From NCBI GenBank assembly GCA_965217185.1, contig OZ244252.1, positions 2,048,001 to 2,112,000 of the forward strand: a stretch of DNA of 64,000 nt. The letters run 5' to 3'. Below the pieces are notes generated by a model. That model ran no database searches. It saw nothing but the letters and a program-made list of their open reading frames with translations, and was not told where the DNA came from. Positions 25,338 through 35,037 of the stretch are shown here, one piece after another (position 1 is the first letter of the stretch; the number at the start of each line of letters is the position of its first letter). Source of the DNA: an uncultured Candidatus Entotheonella sp. GTDB taxonomy: Bacteria > Tectomicrobia > Entotheonellia > Entotheonellales > Entotheonellaceae. The translations under genes and the position numbers were made by a program.

Positions 25338-26833
25338 GAGCCACTTGCAAAACTCCGCTAGTTTGGCCTCGGAGCGGTTGTCATGAGACCGTACGGTGAA
25401 TCATTTGCCGTCGGTGGTTCCAATTGCCACGAATTCAGCCATGGCGGTGCCGAGTTCCGGCTCCCGTCTTGCGATGCGGACGCAACTCTCCCCCCTGCGT
25501 ACAGGACAGCAGCGTGTGCCGGGATGGAGGAAACGGGACCGCGAGACCAGCTTCAGGTCACCAAGCGCATCAACTGATCAACCGTGAGCGCCACAATCCC
25601 GAACATCAGATGACACAGCACCTTGGCATGGCCGCGCACGCGCACGCTGCGACCTCCGAATTCATCCTTGAGGCGACCATTGACGCGCTCGACGGTCGAG
25701 CGTTCGTGGTAACGTCTCTCCTCAGACAGGACCAACCCACAGGCACGCCGTGCCTGCCTCTCCTGCCGCAGCGCCTGCTTACGCGCGCCGCTGCGGGGGT
25801 TGACGTCGATGATCGCAACATGACCCAGGGCGCGGCTGTGGGCGCGGATTTCCGGGGCATCGTAGGCGCTGTCCATCAGGTCATACAGGTTGCGGACTCG
25901 CTCCGCCGTCAGGGTCGCCAGCGGGATGGCGACTTGGCTGTCGTGCAGCGACGCCGAGGTAAGCAGGCAACTGACCGGGATGGCGCCGTCGGCCGCGTCA
26001 ATATGCAACTTGTAGCCGCTCCATGACGTCTGATAGCCCTTGGCGTCGCGCTTGACGCCAATGTCACAGGCGTACGGCAAGTCGGCGAGCATCTCCGGCA
26101 GGGTCATGTTGCGCTGGCGCTCCAGACGGCGCGGCTCCGTGGGGCGCTCCTCGCCCTTGCGCGGACGCCCGCGCCGCCGCTTCGGCTTGGCCGGCTGCGG
26201 CGCCTTCGGGGTCGGTCTCTCGCGCCCTTCAATCGCCGTCGAATCGCGTGAAATATGGCCTGCCAGACGCTCACCCTGGGTGCGTTTGATCAGCGCCTCG
26301 TGCAGGTGGCTCGGCAAGGCGCTGTCGGCAAATTCGGCAAAGGCACGTGAAAACGTCGCCTCGCTCGGAATGTGCTTGACGCTACGCCAGCCGCACAACC
26401 GGCGCAGGGTGCTGTCGTGGCGCAGACGATCAAGCAACATCCGGGTGCTAACCAGCGCGAAGACGGCCTTGGCGATGAAGGCGCGGGCTAAGGCCGCGCG
26501 GTCGCTTGGCGGACAGCCGCGACGCCGGTGCTGGTACGGCAGCAGCGTTTCCACCCGCACCCATTCGAGCACCATGACGAAGCGCTGATGGCGTTCCCCC
26601 AGCGCCCCGATCGTTTCCTCAAGCTGCGGGAACAGCAGCGCTTGAAAGCAAGACCAGTAACTCGATAGTATCTCACGTAAGGCCATTGGGGTCGTTCCTC
26701 CTGATTCGGTTGTTTGACAACTCAACAGAATCAGAAAGCGGCCCCAATGTCCACCAATCAGCCCCAGAGCCTGCCCCGTGCTTGACACGGAGAAAGAAAA
26801 TCCCACTCGTACACGCAATTCTGCAAGTGGCTC
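25338..26833 (-). mobile_element. insertion sequence (DDE type), 1496 bp, 4-bp target duplication ATGT
   Basis: TIRs gagccacttgcaaaact / aattctgcaagtggctc; atgt at 25334-25337 and 26834-26837. Confidence 0.88.
25553..26686 (-). CDS. DDE transposase (IS4/IS5/IS1182-like), intact
   Basis: PSEATFSR, RDSTAI, GYKLH, HDSQ, DSAYD, RSTVERVNGRLK. Confidence 0.9.
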   Translation of the reverse strand: MALREILSSYWSCFQALLFPQLEETIGALGERHQRFVMVLEWVRVETLLPYQHRRRGCPPSDRAALARAFIAKAVFALVSTRMLLDRLRHDSTLRRLCGWRSVKHIPSEATFSRAFAEFADSALPSHLHEALIKRTQGERLAGHISRDSTAIEGRERPTPKAPQPAKPKRRRGRPRKGEERPTEPRRLERQRNMTLPEMLADLPYACDIGVKRDAKGYQTSWSGYKLHIDAADGAIPVSCLLTSASLHDSQVAIPLATLTAERVRNLYDLMDSAYDAPEIRAHSRALGHVAIIDVNPRSGARKQALRQERQARRACGLVLSEERRYHERSTVERVNGRLKDEFGGRSVRVRGHAKVLCHLMFGIVALTVDQLMRLVT

Positions 26834-26925
26834 ATGTTCCGTTTTTTTCCGTTTGCTAGCACCCTGGACGGGACGAGGGCGTGGAGCGTCTCGCCGCCAG
26901 GGCACCGAACAGGGTGCAGGATCGG

Positions 26926-27726
26926 TTAGTTATCGCCTGCCGCACAAGGGTTGCACGGATTGGCCGCGGCGCAGGGGTTACACGGGTTTGCGGCCGCGCA
27001 TGGATTGCAGGCATTGACGGCCGCGCAAGGATTGCAGGGGCTGCACGGATTTGCCGCCGCGCAGGGATTGCACGGGTTGCAGGGGTTGGTCATCGCCATT
27101 TGGGCGAAGGCCCTCTGCAACTGGGCGCCGTAAGCGGTAAGCGCCGCCAGTTCCGGCGAATCCCAGGGCAGCGCCTCAGCGGCCATGGGCTGCAACATGC
27201 AGAACTGTATCATCTCGTCCAGCGCCACCTTATCCGCTCCGGCCATGATATGCGGCATCGCCACCCGATGCGGGTAGGGCTTGGCAAAGGTGTCGTTGAA
27301 GTTGCCGTTGTTCTGGTGGCACACGCCGCACGCCAGGCCGTTGGTGCTCAGGCCGCGGTCGTTCCACAACGCCCCGCCCATCTTCAGCAAGTCCCCATGG
27401 CTCAACCCGGCATGCAGACCGGTCCCGGCTGGCCGCAAGACCTCCTGGGGATCGATCTTTCCGCCGCCCCCACAGGGATTGCAGGGATTACACGGATTGG
27501 CCGCTGCTGCGCAAGGATTGCAGGGATTACACGGGTTGCACGGATTGGCCGCCGCCGCACAAGGATTGCAGGGATTACACGGGTTGCAAGGATTTGCCGT
27601 TCCCGCACCGGTATCCATGTTCTGCTCCGTGTCGGACCACGAAACGGCTGCGAGTGACAGGGCAATGAACACGACTCCGATTAACGCCGGAAACCTCAGC
27701 GACTTCCTGGAGAAGACAAAACACAT
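26926..27726 (-). CDS. exported c-type cytochrome flanked by Cys-rich (NPC)n repeats
   Basis: Signal peptide; single CGVCH motif; 11 NPC units N-terminal and 12 Cys-containing units C-terminal. Confidence 0.85.
   Translation of the reverse strand: MCFVFSRKSLRFPALIGVVFIALSLAAVSWSDTEQNMDTGAGTANPCNPCNPCNPCAAAANPCNPCNPCNPCAAAANPCNPCNPCGGGGKIDPQEVLRPAGTGLHAGLSHGDLLKMGGALWNDRGLSTNGLACGVCHQNNGNFNDTFAKPYPHRVAMPHIMAGADKVALDEMIQFCMLQPMAAEALPWDSPELAALTAYGAQLQRAFAQMAMTNPCNPCNPCAAANPCSPCNPCAAVNACNPCAAANPCNPCAAANPCNPCAAGDN
26944..27087 (-). repeat. 9-bp coding tandem repeats (NPC), C-terminal block
   Basis: gcagggatt/gcacggatt-type units. Confidence 0.9.
27472..27594 (-). repeat. 9-bp coding tandem repeats (NPC), N-terminal block
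   Basis: gcagggatt/acacgggtt-type units. Confidence 0.9.
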
Positions 27727-28106
27727 GACACACTTCCTCCTTCAAACGTTCTTCTATCTGGTTGACACACGACGGCACCCGACTCCTCACGACAGTCCCC
27801 CTCTCCGGGTCTGCAAGGTCGGCCGGTCTCACTGACACACACCGCAGGCGCCGCAAGTGTTAGCGAAAAACGACGGCCCGCTCATGTTTATTCCCCGTTC
27901 CACCGCCTGAGGAATTCCCACAATTCGCGGCATGGTATCACTTTTCACCCGCCGGGAAAACGTGATGAAATGGGACATTCCGATGCAGTTCCGCCCTGTT
28001 CCTGCGCGGTGCGTTGTCGTCTTCGGCGCGAATTCCAGCGAGCCGTGAGACGCCCCGTCGCTGCCCTGCCCGCCCTCCGTCCGGCCCTGGCCGACTTTGT
28101 TGCCAA

Positions 28107-28566
28107 TCACCTGCCGCGCAGGCGTTTGAACACCTCCTCAACGGCCCGCGCCGTCAACGCTTCCTGCTCTTCATCGCTCAATGCTCGAAATTGATCAGGC
28201 CCCCCGGCCAATTCCACGGCGCGGCCCTCGACTTCGTTCACCTCGTCCCGCTCTTCCTGCAGCAGTTCCGATTGCGTCCACATGACGTAGTCTGTCCCGT
28301 CAGGCAGTGTCAGTGTCACGCCGCCGCTGGGCGTCAGCGCCAGCGAAAAGTCGGGGGCGTTGGCAAGGACGTAGGCTGCGGCATCATTTCCTTGAGCGCG
28401 GTAGTATTTCCTCAGCGCGTCGCGCGAACGCGCCACCTCACCCAGTCGGCCTGCCTGCGCCAAGTCCCGTAGATGCGCCTCGATAAAAATCTTTACGTCA
28501 GAGGGCAACGCCTCCCGCCGTCTGGATTCAGCCCAGCCGTCCGAAGTGTTCATTTTCATATTCATA
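28107..28566 (-). CDS. hypothetical protein
   Basis: Acidic, helical-looking ORF with an AAGGGGAC RBS before ATG 28566; no recognised family. Confidence 0.5.
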
Positions 28567-29186
28567 ATTGTCCCCTTCTTGCAGGGCCTTGTTGTAACAA
28601 TCAACACGTACCCGTTCGAGCGTTCTGCCGCGATGTCCCGTCGCCGGGGTCGCACCCCGATTCCCCGGTGGCTGTCGGTCAGCCGTCCTTGCCGATCTCC
28701 TTGACAGCGCCCGCGTCGCGGGCGTCAGCAGTGGGCGCCGTCGCGAGGTCGAAGCAGGCGTATGCTACCGGGGGGTCGCAGCGGGCCATGTGACTCACGC
28801 CGAGATCTGGACAGGAAGGAGCCACTATCCGGTCTCGGGGCGAGGGCACGCACGACGACAGGCGGCAGCCGCCGCCTCTACCCGGTGAAAGTCATGCAGC
28901 ATATGGCCGAGATGGGTATGGGCGGCTACGTGCGCCGGATCGAGGTCGTCGTGCGGCGCAGGCTGGTCTCGGCCTCCCCCGACGCCCCGGTCTCGCGTAG
29001 CGCGCAGCCGGACGTGGGTCTAACCCCTGTGGGCGAACCTGTTCTGTATGTTGTTGACCGAGACGGCTTTTATACACCTAAAGGCATAAAGAAAGCCATC
29101 CGTGACGGCAAGGTAAGCGCGTCTTCACGTAGGTCAGATTAGATTATTTTCGGATCAATCTGACTTGCTCGTTCGTCACCCTCCAT

Positions 29187-29343
29187 CACGTCCCTTGAGG
29201 GGGAGTCGGCGAAACAAGGGCGCAGCCCGCAGGCGAGCCGGTGGGGGGAACTCATCGCAGTGCAACCCATGCAATGAGAACCGAAAGTGCTCTAGCCGCA
29301 GGGGTAATCCGGCAGCGGAAGCCTGCAGGCGCGGCGGGACGTG
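29187..29343 (+). ncRNA. candidate structured RNA (unassigned)
   Basis: Nested helices cacgtccc/gggacgtg, cgc-a-gcc-c-gcaggc/gcctgc-a-ggc-gcg, gccgg/ccggc, ctcat-c-gca/tgc-a-atgag. Confidence 0.3.
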
Positions 29344-29437
29344 GGATCACACTTCGCCAATCCGATCTGTCGTTTGATCCGAAAACGCTCTATCTGCTGC
29401 AGGTGTTAACGGAATAACGCCATACACGCTTACCCTG
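29341..29437 (+). repeat. 97-bp dispersed repeat (degenerate REP + tgatccgaaaacgctc tail), copy 1
   Basis: Ungapped similarity to 42683-42779. Confidence 0.75.
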
Positions 29438-29489
29438 CCACTTCAAATCGGGGGACTGGGTCAGCATCTATCGACATGTGGGTTGATCG

Positions 29490-30674
29490 GTGTTACTGAT
29501 AAACATGGAGAATCGAAGCGGCTCCTCGGGCTGGACGGTCTCGATTATGGACAATCCAAGATGTAAACAGGGCCTCAGCCTCGTTGTTGCCTGTTTGCTG
29601 ACCGCGGCTTCGCTTGTGATGGCGCAGGCTTCCGACAAGCGGGCGATCCAAATCGGTGGGGCGATAGGCATAAATGATGCCTACGGGGGTTACGGTGAGA
29701 GTAAACCGCACCGCCCTGTCGAGACGCTCGGCCCTGTTGATCCCGATATCTTCCGCCTCAATGCCGACCTGGATTATCAGAACGTCATCGGCAGGGTCGA
29801 GCATCGCTGGTACGACGGCTACGGCATGTTTCACGCCGCATGGCTGGGATACGATGGGGGCGATTCGGGCACCCTCAAGGCCGGCCTGGTACGGGTTCCG
29901 TTTGGACTGGCGGCCTATGACGCCGGCGGCGGCTGGTACTTCGACCGGCATTTCCACAACATGCTCTCCGATGACATGGATTTGGGCGTCACGTGGGGCA
30001 GGACCTTTGACAAGCTGACGCTCGACGTCGGTTACTATCCGCGCAGCGATTTCCAGACCAACCGAGAGCGTCCCGAGAATTCCAGGTACATCTACGACAG
30101 AATCAGGCCGGACGCAGAAGCCGACACGCCGGGCGACATTGCATGGGGCGCCGGGGAAAACGGGCTTGAAGAGCAGCACCGGCTCAACCTGCGGGCAGTC
30201 TATGCGCTTAGGGGCGGGGCGGAGGTGGGGGCGTCGCTGCAATACGGGCTGCTACAGGGGGCGAACGTAGGGGCGGAAGGGGGCGACCACTACGCCTTTT
30301 CGGCGCATGTGAAAAACGCCTTTTCGGACTTCACCCTTTATTCCCAGTTGACGCACTACACATACAACCTTGCGGATACGACGCCCTGGGGAACCGGTTT
30401 GATTCCCAAGGGGGCATACGATGCCGCCTGGCCGGTTGCCTCCGAGGGAATCATCCCCGCGCTGTCTTTGACCTATAACGGGATCAATACGTCAGGCATC
30501 TCATGGCTGGACAGCTTTACGCCGTATATCGAATGGAGTTCCGTCCTGAAACCGACGTCCGGACACGACGACCACACGCTGGTAACGATAGGCGCCGCCT
30601 GGACGTTGAACGGCAACGGGCGGTCGAAGCGCGGGCGCTTACTACGGGGCACCCGTCCTTTTCTGAGCCGCTGA
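29490..30674 (+). CDS. outer-membrane beta-barrel/porin-like protein, possibly 3'-truncated
   Basis: Signal-like segment; alternating aromatic strands (HAAWLGY, RVPFG, DDMDLG); basic, non-barrel C-terminus. Confidence 0.6.
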   Translation: MLLINMENRSGSSGWTVSIMDNPRCKQGLSLVVACLLTAASLVMAQASDKRAIQIGGAIGINDAYGGYGESKPHRPVETLGPVDPDIFRLNADLDYQNVIGRVEHRWYDGYGMFHAAWLGYDGGDSGTLKAGLVRVPFGLAAYDAGGGWYFDRHFHNMLSDDMDLGVTWGRTFDKLTLDVGYYPRSDFQTNRERPENSRYIYDRIRPDAEADTPGDIAWGAGENGLEEQHRLNLRAVYALRGGAEVGASLQYGLLQGANVGAEGGDHYAFSAHVKNAFSDFTLYSQLTHYTYNLADTTPWGTGLIPKGAYDAAWPVASEGIIPALSLTYNGINTSGISWLDSFTPYIEWSSVLKPTSGHDDHTLVTIGAAWTLNGNGRSKRGRLLRGTRPFLSR

Positions 30675-30718
30675 GCGGACGACTGCGAGAAACACCTCTT
30701 TCGATTTGGCCGTCATGC

Positions 30719-30750
30719 AACCCCTCCGGGATGTCCCGGAGGGGTTTTTT
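30719..30750 (+). terminator. intrinsic terminator between convergent genes
   Basis: aacccctccggg-atgt-cccggaggggtt followed by further Ts. Confidence 0.85.
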
Positions 30751-30757
30751 CGTCACC

Positions 30758-31087
30758 TCAGTGGCGCCGGCCGCTCACCAGGTGCATGTGCACGTGGTCC
30801 ACAACCTGACCGCCGCCCCGTCCGACGTTCACCGTCAGGCGATACCCCTGCTCAACGATATCCCATTGCGCTGCCAGCTTCTTGGCGACCACGAACAGCC
30901 GACCCATCAACTCGACGTGCTGCGCCTCGTCGATGTCGTTGACGGTGGCGACGTGCGCCTTGGGCATCAGCAGGACGTGCACCGGCGCGGTGGGGTTGAT
31001 GTCCTTGAAGACGAGGATGTCGTCGGCCTCGTAAACCACGTCAGCGGGCTGACGCTTGGCGATGATTTCACAGAAAATGCAAGCCAT
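30758..31087 (-). CDS. HIT-family nucleotide hydrolase
   Basis: CIFCEI, FKDINPTAPVHVL, HVHMH. Confidence 0.93.
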   Translation of the reverse strand: MACIFCEIIAKRQPADVVYEADDILVFKDINPTAPVHVLLMPKAHVATVNDIDEAQHVELMGRLFVVAKKLAAQWDIVEQGYRLTVNVGRGGGQVVDHVHMHLVSGRRH

Positions 31088-31104
31088 GATCGCTGGCGCG
31101 TCCC

Positions 31105-31647
31105 CTATGCTTCCTGGCCGTCGAGCAACAGGCTGACCACCTGCGGCACGATCTCCCGCGCGCGCTGGTCCAGTTCCGCGTCGGTGAGGTTGGCGATCGG
31201 GTGCGGCATGCGCAGGAATTTGTAATCGGGAACGCCCCACGCCTGCGCCATGGCTTGGCCGGTGGCCTCGAACACGTCGGTAACGATGGAGGCGGCGGGA
31301 ACACCGAGTTTCTCAAAGAGAATGCCGTCGAGCACACTGCCCGAGCTGCACGAGCCTCAATCGCCCACCCCGGCGACCACCACGTCGCAGTCGGTGCCGA
31401 GCTCGTCAAGAATCTCCTGGTGCGCCGGCACACTGGAGTTGTGCTTGCTACGCATGATCGAGCTCTTGGCGCCGTATTCCTGCTCCAGAATCGTGCCGAT
31501 GCGGCGCAACAGCTGATCCGAGTTGAACTTGGTATTTTCCACCAGGCCGATGCGCACGTTGCGCAGCGAATCGGGCCGCGGCACGTAGGTCAGCGTCTGC
31601 TCCTCGGCCTCGGTGGTGGGATCGAACACCTGGAAGGTTCCCATCAT
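31105..31647 (-). CDS. UGSC-family selenoprotein (Sec at TGA 31359-31357)
   Basis: Two in-frame ORFs joined by a single TGA give VAGVGD-U-GSCSS; hairpin tcgggca-gtg-tgctcga follows. Confidence 0.88.
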
Positions 31648-31677
31648 CGTCTCCTTTTTCGGGTGGCCGCCGCGCCC

Positions 31678-32718
31678 CTATGGCCGGCGGATTTCTCGCG
31701 TCACGCTCTGTGACGTGCTCTTGCTGCCCCAGCCGGGGATGTAGGCCGAAAACGCGCCCGCCCGGCTGCCTGCTGCAACAATCAGAAAATCCTCTGCGGT
31801 CGGCACCAGCGGCACCATTGCCGTTTCGTCGGCCTCACTGGGCTCGCCCGCCATGAGGTGGATGCGCTTGAGCTCGGCCCGCGAGGTTTGCGTGCGCTCG
31901 AAGCAGAAGCGCCGAATGTCGTCCTTCGACCAGCCGTCCTGCCCGATCACCTGCATGTGCTCGCCGGCGAGCACCAAAACGTATTGCGGCTGGCTCCTGA
32001 CGCCGGACGAGATGCGCATGTGGGCGCAGGCGGTGGTGAGAATGCCCTCGGCGGTGTTGCTGAGCTGGTTGTAGAATTGCTCCGGCGCCAGGGCCGCCAG
32101 GATGGTGACGGCGTTTTGCTCCGGTCTGAAGCCGCGCTCGACGTGCAGCGCCGGCCAGGGGCTTTCCGCCTCGTTCTCGGCGATGCAGAAGCTGTATTTG
32201 CCGCTGTGCCCCAGGGTGCTGCGGTCGAGCCGCCCCGGCAGGGTGCCGATGACGTTGCGCATCACCAGCCGCAGCGCCCGCCCGATTGCCGCGTTGGCAC
32301 GCCAGCCGGGGCCGAAGAGGTTGTCACCGTGGTTGAGGTCCAATTCCTGCGCGATGGGGCCGTTCACCACCGCCAGCACCGCCGAGCCGCCGGTGCTCGT
32401 CGCCGGGCCGTGATAGCTCCACAACGGGTCGCCCATGGCCTCCACCGCGGCCACCAGCACGGGCATGTACTCCGGCTTGCAACCGGCCATGACGCCGTTG
32501 ATCGCCACCTTCTCGGCGGTCACCGACACCTGGCGATTGTCGATGAAGGTGATCTCCGCCTGCGGCTCCAAGCCCGCCGATTCCAGCATCCCCCAGATGG
32601 CGTTCTCCATCGGCGGTACTACCGGCAGGCCGTCCGTCCATCCTTTGTCGAAGTAGAAGTCCACCGCCTGCGCCATGTCCGCCACGTCGTACCGCGTGGA
32701 TTGCAACTCTGCTGCCAT
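31678..32718 (-). CDS. conserved protein usually found next to UGSC selenoproteins
   Basis: GWTDGLPVVPP, EKVAINGVMAGC, RANAAIGRAL, AENEAESPW. Confidence 0.8.
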   Translation of the reverse strand: MAAELQSTRYDVADMAQAVDFYFDKGWTDGLPVVPPMENAIWGMLESAGLEPQAEITFIDNRQVSVTAEKVAINGVMAGCKPEYMPVLVAAVEAMGDPLWSYHGPATSTGGSAVLAVVNGPIAQELDLNHGDNLFGPGWRANAAIGRALRLVMRNVIGTLPGRLDRSTLGHSGKYSFCIAENEAESPWPALHVERGFRPEQNAVTILAALAPEQFYNQLSNTAEGILTTACAHMRISSGVRSQPQYVLVLAGEHMQVIGQDGWSKDDIRRFCFERTQTSRAELKRIHLMAGEPSEADETAMVPLVPTAEDFLIVAAGSRAGAFSAYIPGWGSKSTSQSVTREIRRP

Positions 32719-32850
32719 TCCGCACACACCTTTGCTTGTCGCGTCCGATTGTTGCCATTGCATCGTGCCGCTCGGGGCACGCGAAAGCGTACGAATACTA
32801 GAGTCCTGCCGGGGTTGTCAAGCCACTGGAACCCGCGGGGATTACCGGCT

Positions 32851-32888
32851 CACCCCCTCCCTAGCCCTCCCCCGCGGAAGGGAGGGGG
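32851..32888. repeat. C/G-rich palindromic repeat
   Basis: caccccctccctagccctcccccgcggaagggaggggg; same family as 15325 and 47013. Confidence 0.7.
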
Positions 32889-32913
32889 AAAGAATGGCGG
32901 CCGTTGTTCTCAA

Positions 32914-34041
32914 CTACTCCGGCGTCTTGCCGAACACTTCATCCTTCCAGTAGTAATTGCCAGCAAACCCGTACGGCGGCCAGGTCGACAGCCGGTAAGG
33001 GACGATCAGCGAGGCGTATTCCCGCTGCGACTCCAGCACCTTCTTGAAAAAGGGGTCCTTGGCTGCCTCCGCAGCCGCGATCTTGTCCCACGACTGCAGC
33101 AGGGTGAGCATGATGACGTCCGGCGTCTTGTAGACCTGCACGCCGTGCTTCTGTATCAACTCCTGGTAAGCCTCGGCGTTGCGGCGATGGAACCACGCGA
33201 ACCAGCGGGCGGCAGTGTCCCGTACCGCTACGTGGATCAACGCCTGCAGGTCTTCCGGCAAGCCATCCCACACCTCCTTGTTGATCAGCAATTCGCCCAT
33301 CGGGGCGGGTTCGTGCATGCTCGGCGTATAGTGGATTTTCCACACGTTGTGGAAGCCCAGCCGCAGATCTTCGAGGCCCCCGACCCATTCCGCCGCGTCA
33401 ATGACGCCGCGCTCAGCCGCGGGCAGGATTTCGGCCCCCGGCAGGGTGACGACGCTGACGCCCGCGGCTTTGAAGACTTCCGCGGCGACGCCGGGGATGC
33501 GGTACTTCATGCCCTTGAAATCATCCCAACTGCGGATGACGTCCTTGAACCACCCCAGGGCCTGCGGACCGATCGGCAGGATCGGAAAGGCCACGACCTG
33601 CATGTTAAGCACGTCTTGGTATAACTCCTGGTACAGCTCCAGGCCGCCGCCTTCGTACATCCAGCCCAGGAAGTCGTGATGATCCATTCCGAAAGGGCCG
33701 CCGGGGGCGCAGCAAAGGAGGCCGGCGGCAAAGTGTTTCCCCACCCAGTAGGCCGCCGCCGTGTGCCCGCCGTCGATGACGCCGCGGTTGGTGGCGTCCA
33801 GCACTTCGAAGGCGCCGACAATCGCGCCGGCGGGAAGATGCTCGATCTTGAGCCGCCCGGCGGAAACCTTTTCCACCGTCTCGGCGAACATTTCGAGGTT
33901 CTCGTAAGCCATCAATCCAGACGGCCAACTGGCCTGTATTTTCAGCGTATATTCCTGGGCCTGGGTTAGAGAACCGAAGAACCCGAGACAAATAACGGCA
34001 GTCATCGCGATCACGAACGCAACCCGTTTCCTCATGGCCAT
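32914..34041 (-). CDS. TRAP transporter substrate-binding protein (DctP/TakP-like)
   Basis: LKIQASW, GRLKIE...AGAIV, DFKGMKYRIPG, ERGVIDAAEW. Confidence 0.92.
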   Translation of the reverse strand: MAMRKRVAFVIAMTAVICLGFFGSLTQAQEYTLKIQASWPSGLMAYENLEMFAETVEKVSAGRLKIEHLPAGAIVGAFEVLDATNRGVIDGGHTAAAYWVGKHFAAGLLCCAPGGPFGMDHHDFLGWMYEGGGLELYQELYQDVLNMQVVAFPILPIGPQALGWFKDVIRSWDDFKGMKYRIPGVAAEVFKAAGVSVVTLPGAEILPAAERGVIDAAEWVGGLEDLRLGFHNVWKIHYTPSMHEPAPMGELLINKEVWDGLPEDLQALIHVAVRDTAARWFAWFHRRNAEAYQELIQKHGVQVYKTPDVIMLTLLQSWDKIAAAEAAKDPFFKKVLESQREYASLIVPYRLSTWPPYGFAGNYYWKDEVFGKTPE

Positions 34042-34142
34042 CCCTCCTGGACGTGTGAGTGGTAACGTCATCTCTACGGTTTCAATGCGTGCCTACTATG
34101 CCATGAGAGAACCGTTAGGGGAAGCTATGCGGGGCACGAGGA

Positions 34143-35030
34143 TCAAGCGTCGTCCTGCGACGGCATGGGCATGACGTCCACCGCGACTTCCATGGTGTGG
34201 TCGCCGCCGCCGAGGAAGACGCCCTTGATGGGGCTGACGTCGCCGTAATCTCGGCCGATGGCAACGGTGATGTGGCGGTCGGAGGGCCATAGGTTGTTGG
34301 TGGGATCGACGTCGACCCAGCCGTGGCCGGGGCAGAAGACGGAGAGCCAGGCGTGCGAGGCTTCTGCGCCGATGAGCGGGTTGGGCCCTGACGACTGGGT
34401 GACGAGGTAGCCGCTGACGTAGCGGACCGCCAAGCCGAGGGCACGCAGGCAGCCGATTTGCAAATGAGCAAAGTCCTGGCAGACGCCGCGGCGGTGGCGT
34501 AGCACGTCGCTCAGCGGCGTGTTAACCACGGTAGCCCATGGGTCGTAGGTAAACTCGGCGTGCAGGCGTTCAGTAAGGTCCCCGACCGCCTCGAGCAGGG
34601 GGCGCCGCGGGGTGAAGGACGAAGCGGCGTACGCCAGCAATTCCGCGCTGGCCGCCACGTACGGGGAGTCGAATACGAACTGGTACGCCTCCAGGCCCTC
34701 GGCGCTGCGGTCCTGGCGCAGGCCGTCACGCACGTCTTCCCACGCCGCCGCGGCCGCCAGCGGCGGCGCCTCGAGCGGTGTCATCTCGACGATGCTGTTG
34801 GCCGTCATGGTCAGCGCCCGGTGCGGCTCTTGCAGCGTGAAGAAGGTCACCGGATTGCCGAAATAATCCACCGACCGGCTCACCACCGGGGCCTCGGGAA
34901 ACAACAGCAATTCGTGGAATGAGCACGTCTGATGGCGGCATTGCCGCGGGCACAGGTGCAGCTCGTTGTGGCATACGGACACCGAGTTGGAGTAGGCATA
35001 CGTCGTGGTATGTCGCACGCGGTAGCGCAT
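34143..35030 (-). CDS. transglutaminase-family protein
   Basis: YRVRHTTTYAY, GVCQDFAH, RYVSGY, SHAW, DPTN, GRDYGDVSP. Confidence 0.95.
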   Translation of the reverse strand: MRYRVRHTTTYAYSNSVSVCHNELHLCPRQCRHQTCSFHELLLFPEAPVVSRSVDYFGNPVTFFTLQEPHRALTMTANSIVEMTPLEAPPLAAAAAWEDVRDGLRQDRSAEGLEAYQFVFDSPYVAASAELLAYAASSFTPRRPLLEAVGDLTERLHAEFTYDPWATVVNTPLSDVLRHRRGVCQDFAHLQIGCLRALGLAVRYVSGYLVTQSSGPNPLIGAEASHAWLSVFCPGHGWVDVDPTNNLWPSDRHITVAIGRDYGDVSPIKGVFLGGGDHTMEVAVDVMPMPSQDDA

Positions 35031-35037
35031 GGTCGCC

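Noticed and set aside
26944..27594. Possible CRISPR array suggested by regular repeats
   Set aside because: 9-bp coding repeats with synonymous variation and no unique spacers; no cas genes in the window.
29165..29377. 70-aa ORF containing CNPCN, echoing the NPC repeats
   Set aside because: Single short match, TTG start, no RBS, low-complexity Arg/Gly composition; likely coincidence.
30610..30718. Possible 6S RNA or riboswitch before the terminator
   Set aside because: Could not match the conserved core of any family I know.
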